Below, one piece after another: positions 10,742 through 20,172 of a DNA stretch of 64,000 nt (positions within the stretch are counted from its first letter, which is position 1; each line of letters opens with the position of its first letter). The notes below the pieces were generated by a model that searched no databases, was not told the origin of the DNA, and saw only the letters and a program-made list of their open reading frames with translations. The translations under genes were made by a program, and so were the position numbers. Source of the stretch: Bdellovibrionales bacterium (GTDB taxonomy: Bacteria; Bdellovibrionota; UBA1018; CAIMNF01); contig JBEIJY010000003.1 of the NCBI GenBank assembly GCA_040380025.1, positions 32,001 through 96,000 on the forward strand, given 5' to 3'.

Positions 10742-13700
10742 GCAAGCCGCATCCTTTGTTCCGGCTGATCGACTGGGCGCTTGCGAATCCGCTCCTGGTG
10801 CTCGGGGCCTCTTTTGCGCTCGCCGTGGCGGGCATCAAAAAGGCCCCGGACCTTGCGATCGATGCCGTACCGGACATCACGCAAGTGCAAGTGGTCGTGA
10901 ATACCAAGACGCGCGGGCTCGACCCCGAGAAGGTCGAGCTTTCGGTTACCCAGCCCATCGAGTACGAGGTGATGGGAATCCCGGGGCTTCATGATCTGCG
11001 CTCGATCTCGAAGTCCGGGTTGTCGCAGGTGACTTTGGTATTCGACGAGGGAACCGACATTTACTGGGCACGCCAACAGGTGGGCGAGCGCCTGCAAACG
11101 GCCCTGGGCATGCTTCCCGAGGGCCTCCAACCCGAGCTCGCCCCGATCACCACGGGGCTGGGCGAGGTGTTCATGTACTCGCTCACGCTGAAGCCCGATT
11201 CTCCGCTCCGGTCGAAGTCGAAGCTCGATCAGTTGCTGTATCTGCGCGAAATCCAGGAGTTCGAAGTCCGGCCGCTCCTTCGCCGCATCCGGGGCGTGGC
11301 GGATGTCGACAGCAACGGCGGCTTCAAAAAAGAACTCCATGTGAATCTGCTTCCCGAAAAAATGGTGCGCCACGGACTCACCCTCGACCGGATCCGCGAC
11401 CGGATCGACGGCATCGGTGAAAGCTCGGGCGGAGGCACGATCGAATCGGATGCGAAGGCATTGATTGTCCGCTCCTCGAGCCCGGTCGAGAAGGCCGCCG
11501 ATCTGGAGCGCATGAGCCTCGGTGTTCGCTACAACGGAGATCGGGTTCTTTTGGGCGAGGTCGCCTCGATTCGAACCGACGGGCAACCGCGCCTCGGAGC
11601 GGCCACCGTCCGGGGCGAGGAGGCGGTGCTCGGAACGGTCCTCATGATGACCGGCGAGAACGGGCGGCGGGTGAGCCTCGAGGTCGATCACGCGCTCGAC
11701 AAGATCGAGCTTCCGCCGGATGTCGAGTTGTCGAGATTGTATTCGCGGGGATTCCTCGTGAATACCGTCTTGAAGACGGTACTCAAGAATCTGGCCGAAG
11801 GGGCGATTCTCGTCATGGCGGTGTTGCTCCTGGTCTTGGGGAATCTGCGGGCGGCCCTCCTGGTCTCGCTCGTGATTCCGCTCTCGATGCTCGGGACCGT
11901 GCTGTGCATGCAGGTTTTTGGAATCTCGGGAAATCTCATGAGCCTCGGAGCGATCGATTTCGGGTTGGTGGTCGATGGCGCGGTCGTGCTGATCGAGTCC
12001 CTGATCGCGGGCGCGGTGCTGAAGGCGGGAGCCGGCCGCACGAACGGCGAGGATCGGGAGCGTTCGCCCACCGAAACGCTCGCACTGCGCCTGAAGAGCG
12101 TCGTACGCCCGGTGGTGTTCGGTGTATTCCTGATCCTGCTCGTGTATCTGCCGATTCTTTTGCTCGAGGGGATCGAGGGAAAGATGTTCCGCCCCATGGC
12201 CCTCACGGTGATGATCACGCTCGCATGGGCGCTGTTTTTCACGCTGGTTTTGATTCCCGTGCTCGCTTCGCGATTCCTCCCCCTTGCGGTCCGCGAGTCG
12301 CTCTCGCACGAGACCCGGTTTTTTCGGGCCCTGAAAGCCGCATATGCCCCGATCCTTCGTTGGTCGGTCGAACACCCGACGCGCATCCTTGCCGGCGGGG
12401 CCGCGATCATCCTTGCGGGCCTCCTCGCATTCCGCTTCATGGGAATGGACTTCATTCCGAAACTCGACGAGGGCGATCTTGTCATCAATCTGACCCGCGA
12501 TGCGGGAATCTCGCTCACGGAGTCGGTTCGCCAGCAAACGCTGGTCGACCGGGCCTTGATGAGCGAGCCCGAGGTCGAGACGGTGTTCTCGCGGCTCGGG
12601 ACTCCGGAGTCCGCGACCGATCCGATGGGGGTGCATCTGGTCGACATGTTCGTGATCCTGAAGAAGGATCGGAGCCTCTGGACAGTGAAGACAAAGGACG
12701 AACTGTATCAAAAGCTCCACCGCACCATCGAGGCGCTCGGAATGAATCAGGAGATTTCGGCCAACCAGCCGATCGAGATGCGCTTCAACGAAATGCTCGA
12801 AGGATCACGAGCCGATGTTTCGCTCCGGGTGATCGGGCCTGATCTTTCGTACCTCTTGACGACGATCGATGCGTTGACCTCGAAAATGAGCGGCATTGCC
12901 GGGCTCGAGAGCTCCGAGATGGATCCGCTCACTGCGCTCCGAAAGAGCGGGGTCATCGAGATCGCACCCAAGATTCCCGAACTCTCGCGACTCGATGTGA
13001 CCCTGCGGCAGTTCCACAACACCGTCGAGGGGTTCATGCAGGGGGTCCGGGTGGGGCAGTCGATTCAAGGAACGAGACGCTTCCCGATCGTGCTTCATCT
13101 TGACGAAGAACGCCGCGACCGCATCGAAGAAATCCGGAAGCTCCCCGTTGTGCTTCCGGACGGGGGCAGTGTTCCGCTCGATCAGTTGGCAGACATCCGA
13201 ATTGCCGAGAAATTCACCACGATTGCCCGGACCTGGGGCCAGCGGTATGCCGCAGTGGCCTTGAATCTCGGGGACCGCGACATCACCGGATTCGTCTCGG
13301 ATGTGAAGAAGATCCTCGCGCAGACCCCCCTGCGGAACGATCATCGCTATTCGCTCGGCGGCCAGTTCAATCATTTGGAGCGCGCGAAGCTCCGGCTCTG
13401 GCTCATCATTCCGGCGACTTTGTTGGTGATTTTCTTGCTTCTCTGGCGGGGCTTCGGGTGTTTTCGCGATGCGGGCATGGTGTTCCTGAGCATTCCCTTC
13501 GCGACCGTGGGAGGGATCTTCGCCCTGCTCCTCCGCGACATCCACCTGAGCCTCTCGGCCGCGATCGGGTTCATCGCATTGATCGGAATCGCGCTCTTGA
13601 ACGGAATCGTCCTGCTTTCGGTGTTCCGCGATCTCGCGCAGTCGCATCCGGGGCTCGGGGTGAAGGAGCGGGTGCTCGAGGGAACGCTCACGCGTCTCAG

Positions 13701-13884
13701 GCCCGTGATCATGACGGCGATGGTGGCTTCGATCGGGTTTTTGCCGATGGCGCTGAACACCGGCCTCGGGGCCGAGGTGCAGAGGCCTCTTGCCACGGTG
13801 GTCATCGGCGGGATTCTTTTTTCGACGGTGCTGACGCTGGTGGTGCTTCCGTCGGTGTATTTGCGCATTCACGAGCGATCGTGA
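10738..13884 (+). CDS. CusA/CzcA family heavy-metal efflux RND transporter
   Basis: 1048 aa; DAVPDIT, NLMSLGAIDFGLVVDGAVV, RLRPVIMTA and GAEVQRPLATVVIGG. Confidence 0.95.
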   Translation: MSKPHPLFRLIDWALANPLLVLGASFALAVAGIKKAPDLAIDAVPDITQVQVVVNTKTRGLDPEKVELSVTQPIEYEVMGIPGLHDLRSISKSGLSQVTLVFDEGTDIYWARQQVGERLQTALGMLPEGLQPELAPITTGLGEVFMYSLTLKPDSPLRSKSKLDQLLYLREIQEFEVRPLLRRIRGVADVDSNGGFKKELHVNLLPEKMVRHGLTLDRIRDRIDGIGESSGGGTIESDAKALIVRSSSPVEKAADLERMSLGVRYNGDRVLLGEVASIRTDGQPRLGAATVRGEEAVLGTVLMMTGENGRRVSLEVDHALDKIELPPDVELSRLYSRGFLVNTVLKTVLKNLAEGAILVMAVLLLVLGNLRAALLVSLVIPLSMLGTVLCMQVFGISGNLMSLGAIDFGLVVDGAVVLIESLIAGAVLKAGAGRTNGEDRERSPTETLALRLKSVVRPVVFGVFLILLVYLPILLLEGIEGKMFRPMALTVMITLAWALFFTLVLIPVLASRFLPLAVRESLSHETRFFRALKAAYAPILRWSVEHPTRILAGGAAIILAGLLAFRFMGMDFIPKLDEGDLVINLTRDAGISLTESVRQQTLVDRALMSEPEVETVFSRLGTPESATDPMGVHLVDMFVILKKDRSLWTVKTKDELYQKLHRTIEALGMNQEISANQPIEMRFNEMLEGSRADVSLRVIGPDLSYLLTTIDALTSKMSGIAGLESSEMDPLTALRKSGVIEIAPKIPELSRLDVTLRQFHNTVEGFMQGVRVGQSIQGTRRFPIVLHLDEERRDRIEEIRKLPVVLPDGGSVPLDQLADIRIAEKFTTIARTWGQRYAAVALNLGDRDITGFVSDVKKILAQTPLRNDHRYSLGGQFNHLERAKLRLWLIIPATLLVIFLLLWRGFGCFRDAGMVFLSIPFATVGGIFALLLRDIHLSLSAAIGFIALIGIALLNGIVLLSVFRDLAQSHPGLGVKERVLEGTLTRLRPVIMTAMVASIGFLPMALNTGLGAEVQRPLATVVIGGILFSTVLTLVVLPSVYLRIHERS

Positions 13885-13894
13885 ATCTTCGCGA

Positions 13895-14179
13895 CTACAA
13901 GATGTAAATCAGGTCGTTGATTTTTTTCGTCTCGACGGTCAGGGCGATGATCTCATCGGCGCTTCCTGCGCGGTAATCGTAGGTCAGGGCGAGATGATTG
14001 CCCGAGGCGCTCGAGCGCTCGCCGGTGCGGGAGAGTCCGATGAACTTGGTTTCGAACTCCGCAACCGATGTGCGGAAGATGGGGGAGTTTTTTCCGATGA
14101 ACTTGTGGGTGTAGGTGCACGGAAACAAATAGTTCTGTTCGAGGAGGGTCCTGAATTTCTGGAACGGATCTTGGGTCAT
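13895..14179 (-). CDS. DUF493/YbeD-like small protein
   Basis: FPCTYTHKFIG and SASGNH motifs; 94 aa. Confidence 0.75.
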   Translation of the reverse strand: MTQDPFQKFRTLLEQNYLFPCTYTHKFIGKNSPIFRTSVAEFETKFIGLSRTGERSSASGNHLALTYDYRAGSADEIIALTVETKKINDLIYIL

Positions 14180-14193
14180 GGGTGAGCTCGATG

Positions 14194-14224
14194 AAAAAGC
14201 CCGGAAGGAAACTTCCCTCCGGGC
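14194..14224 (-). terminator. Intrinsic terminator downstream of the 14242-14826 gene
   Basis: On the minus strand GCCCGGAGGGAAGTTTCCTTCCGGGC is followed by TTTTT. Confidence 0.75.
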
Positions 14225-14241
14225 CCCGAAAACGGTTGGAA

Positions 14242-14826
14242 TCAGAATCGCATTCCCACGCTCGGAAGGATCATGAATCCTCCGGCAAGGGTTCCGAACG
14301 GCATCTCGGCGAAGTAATTCCCCTGAAACCGAACGCCGGGGGTCACGAATCCCGCGAATTTCACACGTGTGTCCGAAAAGGTGGCCACCGAGACATGATC
14401 AATCGAAATCCCGAGGTCCACGTTGAAGTAGGGAGTCAGTCCCCCTTGAGGGGCGAATTCATACCCCGCCGTGGCGGTCATGGGGATCACCCATCCGCTC
14501 ACATCGTCGAGGCTCAGAAGAAAACCGGTCCGTCCGCCCACCGTGATCGGTGTTCCCTCGAAATCAACGGTGGTTTCGACTTTGCCTGTGACGCCCAGAT
14601 AGAACCGGGAATCAATGCTTCCCAGTCCGAAACTCGCGCTCGGAGTCCAGTTCAGGGTGCTGCCTCCTGACCGGCGCGGTTCGGAGGAGACCGGAGCGGG
14701 GGAGTAGGTGGTTTCGGCTGCGGGGGCAGCGGGCTTCACTTGGGGTTTCTTTTTCTTCGGCGCCGCGAATGCGGAAGCCGAGAGGAGGAAAGACGCGATG
14801 ACAGGAATTAAGATGGTTTTCTTCAT
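14242..14826 (-). CDS. Small outer-membrane beta-barrel protein
   Basis: Signal peptide (SAFA), K/P-rich linker, beta strands, C-terminal VGMRF. Confidence 0.75.
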   Translation of the reverse strand: MKKTILIPVIASFLLSASAFAAPKKKKPQVKPAAPAAETTYSPAPVSSEPRRSGGSTLNWTPSASFGLGSIDSRFYLGVTGKVETTVDFEGTPITVGGRTGFLLSLDDVSGWVIPMTATAGYEFAPQGGLTPYFNVDLGISIDHVSVATFSDTRVKFAGFVTPGVRFQGNYFAEMPFGTLAGGFMILPSVGMRF

Positions 14827-14877
14827 GAGGGGGGATTAAACCAGAACGGATGCGATTCGCCAACCACGAAGAGCCCT

Positions 14878-15186
14878 TCAGGGTGGCCCGAGCATGGTTC
14901 TGATTTCCGTCAAGGACGCAGATTCAATGAAGTACGTTTTCTGGCGTGAGGACTCCCCCCGAATCAGGTGGATCCGCATTTTCGGTATTTTGAGGCATTT
15001 CGAAAGAAAATCGAGAATGGCGAGGTTTGCGGCGCCTTCGACCGGCGGGGCCTTCACGGTGATTTTCAGGCGTGAGCCGTGGGTTCCTTTGATGGCGGTT
15101 CTGGAGGCTCCCGGGCTTGCGTGAATCTCGAGCAAGATGCCGGATTTGTTCTGGATCCGTGAGGGTTTGCACCAATCTTCCGCCAT
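14878..15186 (-). CDS. DUF167 (YggU-like) protein
   Basis: LKITVKAPPVEGAAN and GESSRQK motifs. Confidence 0.88.
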   Translation of the reverse strand: MAEDWCKPSRIQNKSGILLEIHASPGASRTAIKGTHGSRLKITVKAPPVEGAANLAILDFLSKCLKIPKMRIHLIRGESSRQKTYFIESASLTEIRTMLGPP

Positions 15187-15236
15187 GAAATCACCCTTGC
15201 AAAACAACGAAAAATCCGCTAGTTGTTTTGAACATA

Positions 15237-15306
15237 ACACACACTTCCGCAAAAACGTGGTGTCGGCATCCGGAGGCAGCTCCGGGGTCGATTCGGGAAG
15301 TGGAGG
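15237..15306 (+). promoter_or_regulatory. rpsB 5' leader (S2 autoregulatory, t44-like structure)
   Basis: CACTTCC (15242-48) pairs with GGAAGTG (15296-302), followed by GAGG, with internal GGTG/GGGG elements. Position and architecture match known rpsB leaders. Confidence 0.65.
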
Positions 15307-15387
15307 AACCAACCGCGGGCTTTTCAAATCATTCCACTTCGAATCCGATTTGCATTCCCGCCTGAACCGTAAAGAAAGGGAAGGCAC

Positions 15388-16245
15388 ATGCCTACAATCT
15401 CAATGAAAGACATGCTCGAAGCGGGAGTCCACTTCGGGCATCAGACCAATCACTGGAACCCCAAAATGAAGCCGTACGTGTACGGTGCGCGCAACGGGAT
15501 CTACATCGTGGATCTCCAGCAGACCGTCGAACGCGCCCGTCAGGCATGCGAGTTCATCAAGGGAATCGCGGCCGAAGGCAAGAAGGTGATCTTCGTCGGC
15601 ACCAAGAAGCAAGCCCGCGACGTGGTCGAAGCCGAAGCGAAACGCGCCGGAATGTATTGCGTGACCGAGCGCTGGCTCGGCGGAATGCTCACGAACTTTC
15701 AAACCGTGAAAGCTTCGATCGACCGTCTGAAGAAGATCGAGTCCCTGAAGTCCTCCCAGGCGTGGAATGACTACACTAAGAAAGAACAATCCGGTTTTGA
15801 TCGCGAGCTGACCAAACTGAAGCGCGGTCTCGGCGGGATTCAAGAAATGAAGAAGCTCCCCGGCGCGATGTTCATCATCGACACCACCAAGGAAGCGAAC
15901 GCGATCAAGGAAGCCCGCCGTCTCGGAATTCCGACTGTCGCCATCGTCGACACCAACTGTGATCCGACCGGAATCGATTTCGTGATCCCGGGCAACGACG
16001 ACGCTCTTCGTGCGGTTTCGCTTTTCGCGAAGATGATCGCCGATGCATGCCTCGAAGGCACCGCGCTCTTCCAAGAAAAACTCCGCGCCGCAGGCGAAGG
16101 AACCGGCAAAGAAGACGAAGATGCGAGCGGAAAAAAGGTTTCGCGCTTTGAAGGCGATATCGACCTGAAAGGCGTCGATGCGGCCGATCTCGAGGCGATG
16201 GATCAGACCGAACCCTCGACCGAATCCTCCACCGAAACCAAATAA
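15388..16245 (+). CDS. rpsB: 30S ribosomal protein S2
   Basis: AGVHFGHQT, WNPKM, RWLGGMLTN and IPGNDDA. Confidence 0.99.
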   Translation: MPTISMKDMLEAGVHFGHQTNHWNPKMKPYVYGARNGIYIVDLQQTVERARQACEFIKGIAAEGKKVIFVGTKKQARDVVEAEAKRAGMYCVTERWLGGMLTNFQTVKASIDRLKKIESLKSSQAWNDYTKKEQSGFDRELTKLKRGLGGIQEMKKLPGAMFIIDTTKEANAIKEARRLGIPTVAIVDTNCDPTGIDFVIPGNDDALRAVSLFAKMIADACLEGTALFQEKLRAAGEGTGKEDEDASGKKVSRFEGDIDLKGVDAADLEAMDQTEPSTESSTETK

Positions 16246-16264
16246 CCCGAAAGGACACCGAATC

Positions 16265-17170
16265 ATGCAAATCACTGCAGAACAGGTTTCTAAATTGCGC
16301 GAGCGCACCGGCGCCGGGATGATGGATTGCAAGAAGGCGCTCACCGAGAACGCGGGCGACTTCGAGAAAGCCGTCGAATACCTTCGCAAGAAGGGGATCG
16401 CTTCGGCCGCGAAGAAATCCGGACGGACCGCGAAGGAAGGCACCGTGTACTCCCTGATCGACGCCGACAGCAAGGCTGCGGTGCTGGTCGAGGTGAACTG
16501 CGAGACCGACTTCGTGGCCAAGACCGAGAACTTCCAGAAGTTCGTGGGCCAGATCGCAAAGCACATCGCAAAGGCGGCTCCGGCAACTCCTTCCGAACTC
16601 ATGACTCAGAAGTTCGACGCGGTCAAAACCGTCGAAGAATTCGTCCGTGAGGGGATCGCCACTCTCGGAGAAAACATGATGGTCCGCCGCTTTGTTCGCT
16701 ACCCCCTCGGCGAGGGCAAGGAAGTGAAAAGCTACATCCACATGGGCGGCAAGGTCGGAGTTCTGGTCGAGCTGAATCTCGCGAACGGATCGAAAGCGCA
16801 AAGCGAAGGGTTCCAGACCCTGATTCGCGATCTTTCGATGCACATCGCGGCTGCAAGCCCGCTCTATCTGAAGCCCGAAGAAGTTCCGGCCGATGTGGTG
16901 GCGAAAGAGAAAGAAATCGCTCTGGCCCAGCTCGCCGGACAGAACAAGCCTGCTGATGTTCTCGAGAAGATCGCTTCCGGGAAGATCAACAAGTACTTCG
17001 AGGAAACCTGCCTCGTGAAGCAGAAGTTCGTGAAGGACGACAAGAAAACCGTCGAGGCGCTGGTGAACGAAACCGGCAAGGCGATGGGTGAGGCGATTTC
17101 GATCGCCCGTTTCTCGCGCTTCGTGCTCGGTGAAGGCGTCGAAGTCGCCTCCGAGGAAACCCAACACTAA
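16265..17170 (+). CDS. tsf: Elongation factor Ts
   Basis: LRERTGAGMMDCKKAL and EVNCETDFVA. Confidence 0.99.
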   Translation: MQITAEQVSKLRERTGAGMMDCKKALTENAGDFEKAVEYLRKKGIASAAKKSGRTAKEGTVYSLIDADSKAAVLVEVNCETDFVAKTENFQKFVGQIAKHIAKAAPATPSELMTQKFDAVKTVEEFVREGIATLGENMMVRRFVRYPLGEGKEVKSYIHMGGKVGVLVELNLANGSKAQSEGFQTLIRDLSMHIAAASPLYLKPEEVPADVVAKEKEIALAQLAGQNKPADVLEKIASGKINKYFEETCLVKQKFVKDDKKTVEALVNETGKAMGEAISIARFSRFVLGEGVEVASEETQH

Positions 17171-17178
17171 GAAGGAAG

Positions 17179-17214
17179 GGGCCTTGATCGATCCGGTCAA
17201 GGCCCTTTTTTTTT
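17179..17214 (+). terminator. Intrinsic terminator between tsf and pyrH
   Basis: Stem GGGCCTTGA...TCAAGGCCC followed by T9. Confidence 0.85.
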
Positions 17215-17218
17215 CACT

Positions 17219-17935
17219 ATGAAACGAGAACCGTACAAAAGAGTCCTTCTGAAGATCTCGGGCGAAGCGCTTGCCGGGGATCAGGGGTTCGGCATCGACA
17301 CCGATGTCCTCGACAGCATCGCCAACGAGATCGGTGCGATCCACGCATCCGGCATCGAGGTTGCGATCGTCGTGGGCGGAGGGAATATCTTTCGCGGCGT
17401 GAAGGGTGCCACCCGCGGAATGGACCGGGCGACGGCCGACTACATGGGCATGCTCGCGACGGTTCTGAACTGCCTCGCGCTCCAAGACGCCTTGGAACGC
17501 AAGAATATCTATACCCGTGTCCAGAGCGCGATCGAGATGCGTGCGCTCGCCGAACCGTACATTCGCAGAAAAGCCGTGCGGCACCTCGAAAAGGGCCGCG
17601 TGGTGATTTTTGCGGCCGGAGTGGGAAGCCCGTACTTCACCACCGACACCACTGCCGCACTCCGTGCGATGGAGATGAATTGCCAGGTGCTTCTGAAGGC
17701 CACGAGCGTTGACGGCATCTACACGGCAGATCCGAAACTTCATCCTGATGCCACGAAGTTCGAACAGCTCACCTATATGGATGTGCTGCAAAAGGGGCTC
17801 AAGGTGATGGATTCCACGGCCATTTCGCTTTGTATGGACAATAAATTGCCGATCATCGTCTTCAATCTTCGCGAGAAGGGGGCGATGGCCAAGGTCACGG
17901 GGGGAGATTCGATTGGGACCCTCGTTCACAACTGA
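17219..17935 (+). CDS. pyrH: UMP kinase
   Basis: [25 protein letters not shown] and FTTDT. Confidence 0.98.
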   Translation: MKREPYKRVLLKISGEALAGDQGFGIDTDVLDSIANEIGAIHASGIEVAIVVGGGNIFRGVKGATRGMDRATADYMGMLATVLNCLALQDALERKNIYTRVQSAIEMRALAEPYIRRKAVRHLEKGRVVIFAAGVGSPYFTTDTTAALRAMEMNCQVLLKATSVDGIYTADPKLHPDATKFEQLTYMDVLQKGLKVMDSTAISLCMDNKLPIIVFNLREKGAMAKVTGGDSIGTLVHN

Positions 17936-17969
17936 ATCCGGCTGAAAACCCGGAAGGAGAACTCACACC

Positions 17970-18524
17970 ATGTCTGCCGTATTGAATGAACTTTCGACCC
18001 AAACCGACAAAAGCATCCAGTCCCTCCAGAAGGATCTTCTGAAAGTCCGGACCGGACGCGCTTCGACCGCGCTCATCGATCATATCCACGTCGATTACTA
18101 CGGGTCCAAGACCCCGATCACCCAGGTCGCGAATCTGACCACCCCCGATGCCCGCACGATCCAGATCGTTGCTTGGGAGCCCGCCATGCTCGGACCGATC
18201 GAGAAGGCGATTCTCGAGGCGAACGTAGGCTTCACGCCCCAGAATGACGGAAAAGTCATCCGCATCACGATGCCGCCCCTCACCGAGGAGCGCCGCAAGG
18301 AGATGGTGAAGATGGTCAAGAAAATGGGCGAAGACACCAAGATCGCAATCCGGAATCATCGCCGGGATGCGAACGAAGAGGTGAAGAAGCAAGAAAAAGA
18401 CAAGGCCCTCTCGTTGGATGAGTCGAAAAAGCTCCAAGAGCAAATCCAAAAGAAGACCGACGACAAGGTCGCCGAAGTCGACAAGATCGTCGCGACCAAA
18501 GAAAAAGAGATCATGACGATCTAG
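17970..18524 (+). CDS. frr: Ribosome recycling factor
   Basis: RTGRA, PPLTEERRKE and IRNHRRD. Confidence 0.98.
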   Translation: MSAVLNELSTQTDKSIQSLQKDLLKVRTGRASTALIDHIHVDYYGSKTPITQVANLTTPDARTIQIVAWEPAMLGPIEKAILEANVGFTPQNDGKVIRITMPPLTEERRKEMVKMVKKMGEDTKIAIRNHRRDANEEVKKQEKDKALSLDESKKLQEQIQKKTDDKVAEVDKIVATKEKEIMTI

Positions 18525-18530
18525 CCCGCC

Positions 18531-19244
18531 ATGAACGAGACACTTCCCCGGCATGTCGCCATCATCATGGACGGAAACGGGCGTTGGGCCCGCGCCCGCG
18601 GCTATCCCCGCTATTACGGTCACATCCGCGGTGCGGCCCGGGTGAAGGAAGTCGTGCGCCTTTCGCGCGAGATCGGCATCCGGAGCCTGACTCTCTATGC
18701 GTTTTCGACCGAGAATTGGAAGCGACCCGTCGAAGAGCTCGATGTGCTCTGGAAGATTTTGCGCAAGTATCTGCGGCGCGAAGTCCGCGAGTTGAAGAAG
18801 CAGGGGATCCGCCTTCACATCATCGGCGAATACGATCGTCTTCCGCCCGATGCGGTGGCGGAGCTCCGGAGCGCGATGGAGGAGCTGTCCGGCGGAACCG
18901 GAATGGATCTCACCTTCGCCCTCTCGTACGGAGGCCGGAGCGAGATCCTCCATGCCGTGCGCTCGATTGCGCGCGAGGTATCCGAAGGCAGGCTTTCGCC
19001 CGAAGAGATCGCAGAAGGGGACGTTTCGAGAAACCTTTGGACCGCTCCGCTCGAAAATGCGGGCGATGTGGACCTTCTGATCCGGACGAGCGGCGAGAAG
19101 CGGATCAGCAACTTCATGCTCTGGCAGTGCTCGTATGCGGAGTTTGATTTTCCCGGAATGCATTGGCCCGAATATTCCGAGCAGGAATACCGGAAGTCCC
19201 TGGACGCGTTCGGAAACAGGAAAAGGCGGTTTGGGGCGGTATGA
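18531..19244 (+). CDS. uppS: Undecaprenyl diphosphate synthase
   Basis: HVAIIMDGNGRWA, FSTENWKRP and RTSGEKRISNF. Confidence 0.98.
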   Translation: MNETLPRHVAIIMDGNGRWARARGYPRYYGHIRGAARVKEVVRLSREIGIRSLTLYAFSTENWKRPVEELDVLWKILRKYLRREVRELKKQGIRLHIIGEYDRLPPDAVAELRSAMEELSGGTGMDLTFALSYGGRSEILHAVRSIAREVSEGRLSPEEIAEGDVSRNLWTAPLENAGDVDLLIRTSGEKRISNFMLWQCSYAEFDFPGMHWPEYSEQEYRKSLDAFGNRKRRFGAV

Positions 19245-20110
19245 ACAGGAATCTCAAGCTTCGGGTGATGACGGCGATCGTCGGGGTTCCGGTGATCCTC
19301 GCGTTTTTGTTGTTCATGGGGATCGGCGGGGTGGCATTCCTATCGTGGGTCATCTCGACCGGGATGCTGTTCGAATACTGCCGGATGAGCTTCCGGCTGA
19401 AGGACGCGCGACAAAAAACCACGATCGCGCTGGTGACGAACGGACTCATTCACGGATTCAACTATGCGGTTCCCGCTTCGATCAGCCTTGCGTTTCTGAG
19501 CACCGCACCGGCGCTGGTCTTCTTTTCGATTTTCCTCTTCATGGTGCCGCCGCTTTTGGGTCATGGTGATGCGTCGGCGACCGAATCGCCTGAAGGGGTG
19601 GCGATTCTGAGGCAACACGTCCAAGAGCTCATGGCTCTCTGTTTTGGCGTAGTGTATTGCATTTTATTCCCCCTGTTCATGGTGGCGATCCGGGAGCTTC
19701 CCTTCGGCGAGCATTGGCTGACTTTGACGCTCTTTGTGATCTGGGCCAGCGATACGTTTGCGTACTTTGCGGGTCTCTCGTTCGGAAGCCGCAAGCTCTA
19801 TGAACAGATCAGTCCCAAAAAAACCTGGGAAGGGGCCTTGGGCGGAGCCTTGGGTGCCGTCCTGATCGGAGTCTTGTACGGTGCATTGTTTCTCCCCCGG
19901 GTGTCATCGGGATTCATCGCCGTGCTGGCTGTTGTTTTGAGTGCCGTGGGAGTGGTGGGAGACCTTGCCGAGAGCCTGCTCAAACGGGCGACCGCATGCA
20001 AGGATTCCGGCTCGGTCCTTCCCGGTCATGGCGGGTTTCTGGACCGGTTTGACGGGGTCGTATTTGCTCTTCCTGTCATGTATTTGGTTCTCGTTCTGTA
20101 TTATCACTGA
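19241..20110 (+). CDS. cdsA: Phosphatidate cytidylyltransferase
   Basis: ISPKKTWEG, GDLAESLLKR and KDSG..PGHGGFLDRFD. Confidence 0.97.
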   Translation: MNRNLKLRVMTAIVGVPVILAFLLFMGIGGVAFLSWVISTGMLFEYCRMSFRLKDARQKTTIALVTNGLIHGFNYAVPASISLAFLSTAPALVFFSIFLFMVPPLLGHGDASATESPEGVAILRQHVQELMALCFGVVYCILFPLFMVAIRELPFGEHWLTLTLFVIWASDTFAYFAGLSFGSRKLYEQISPKKTWEGALGGALGAVLIGVLYGALFLPRVSSGFIAVLAVVLSAVGVVGDLAESLLKRATACKDSGSVLPGHGGFLDRFDGVVFALPVMYLVLVLYYH

Positions 20111-20172
20111 TTTCTAGGATCTCCGCCCGTTTGCCGGTATAATGGCGCAGTAAGGAAAGGGCAGGTCTGACA

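Noticed and set aside
9521..13872. Antisense ORFs opposite the RND operon (e.g. 10657-12720, 687 aa)
   Set aside because: Codon-bias shadows with no coding signatures.
2994..14900. Integrated element at tRNA-Val
   Set aside because: No integrase, transposase or duplicated tRNA 3' end found by eye.
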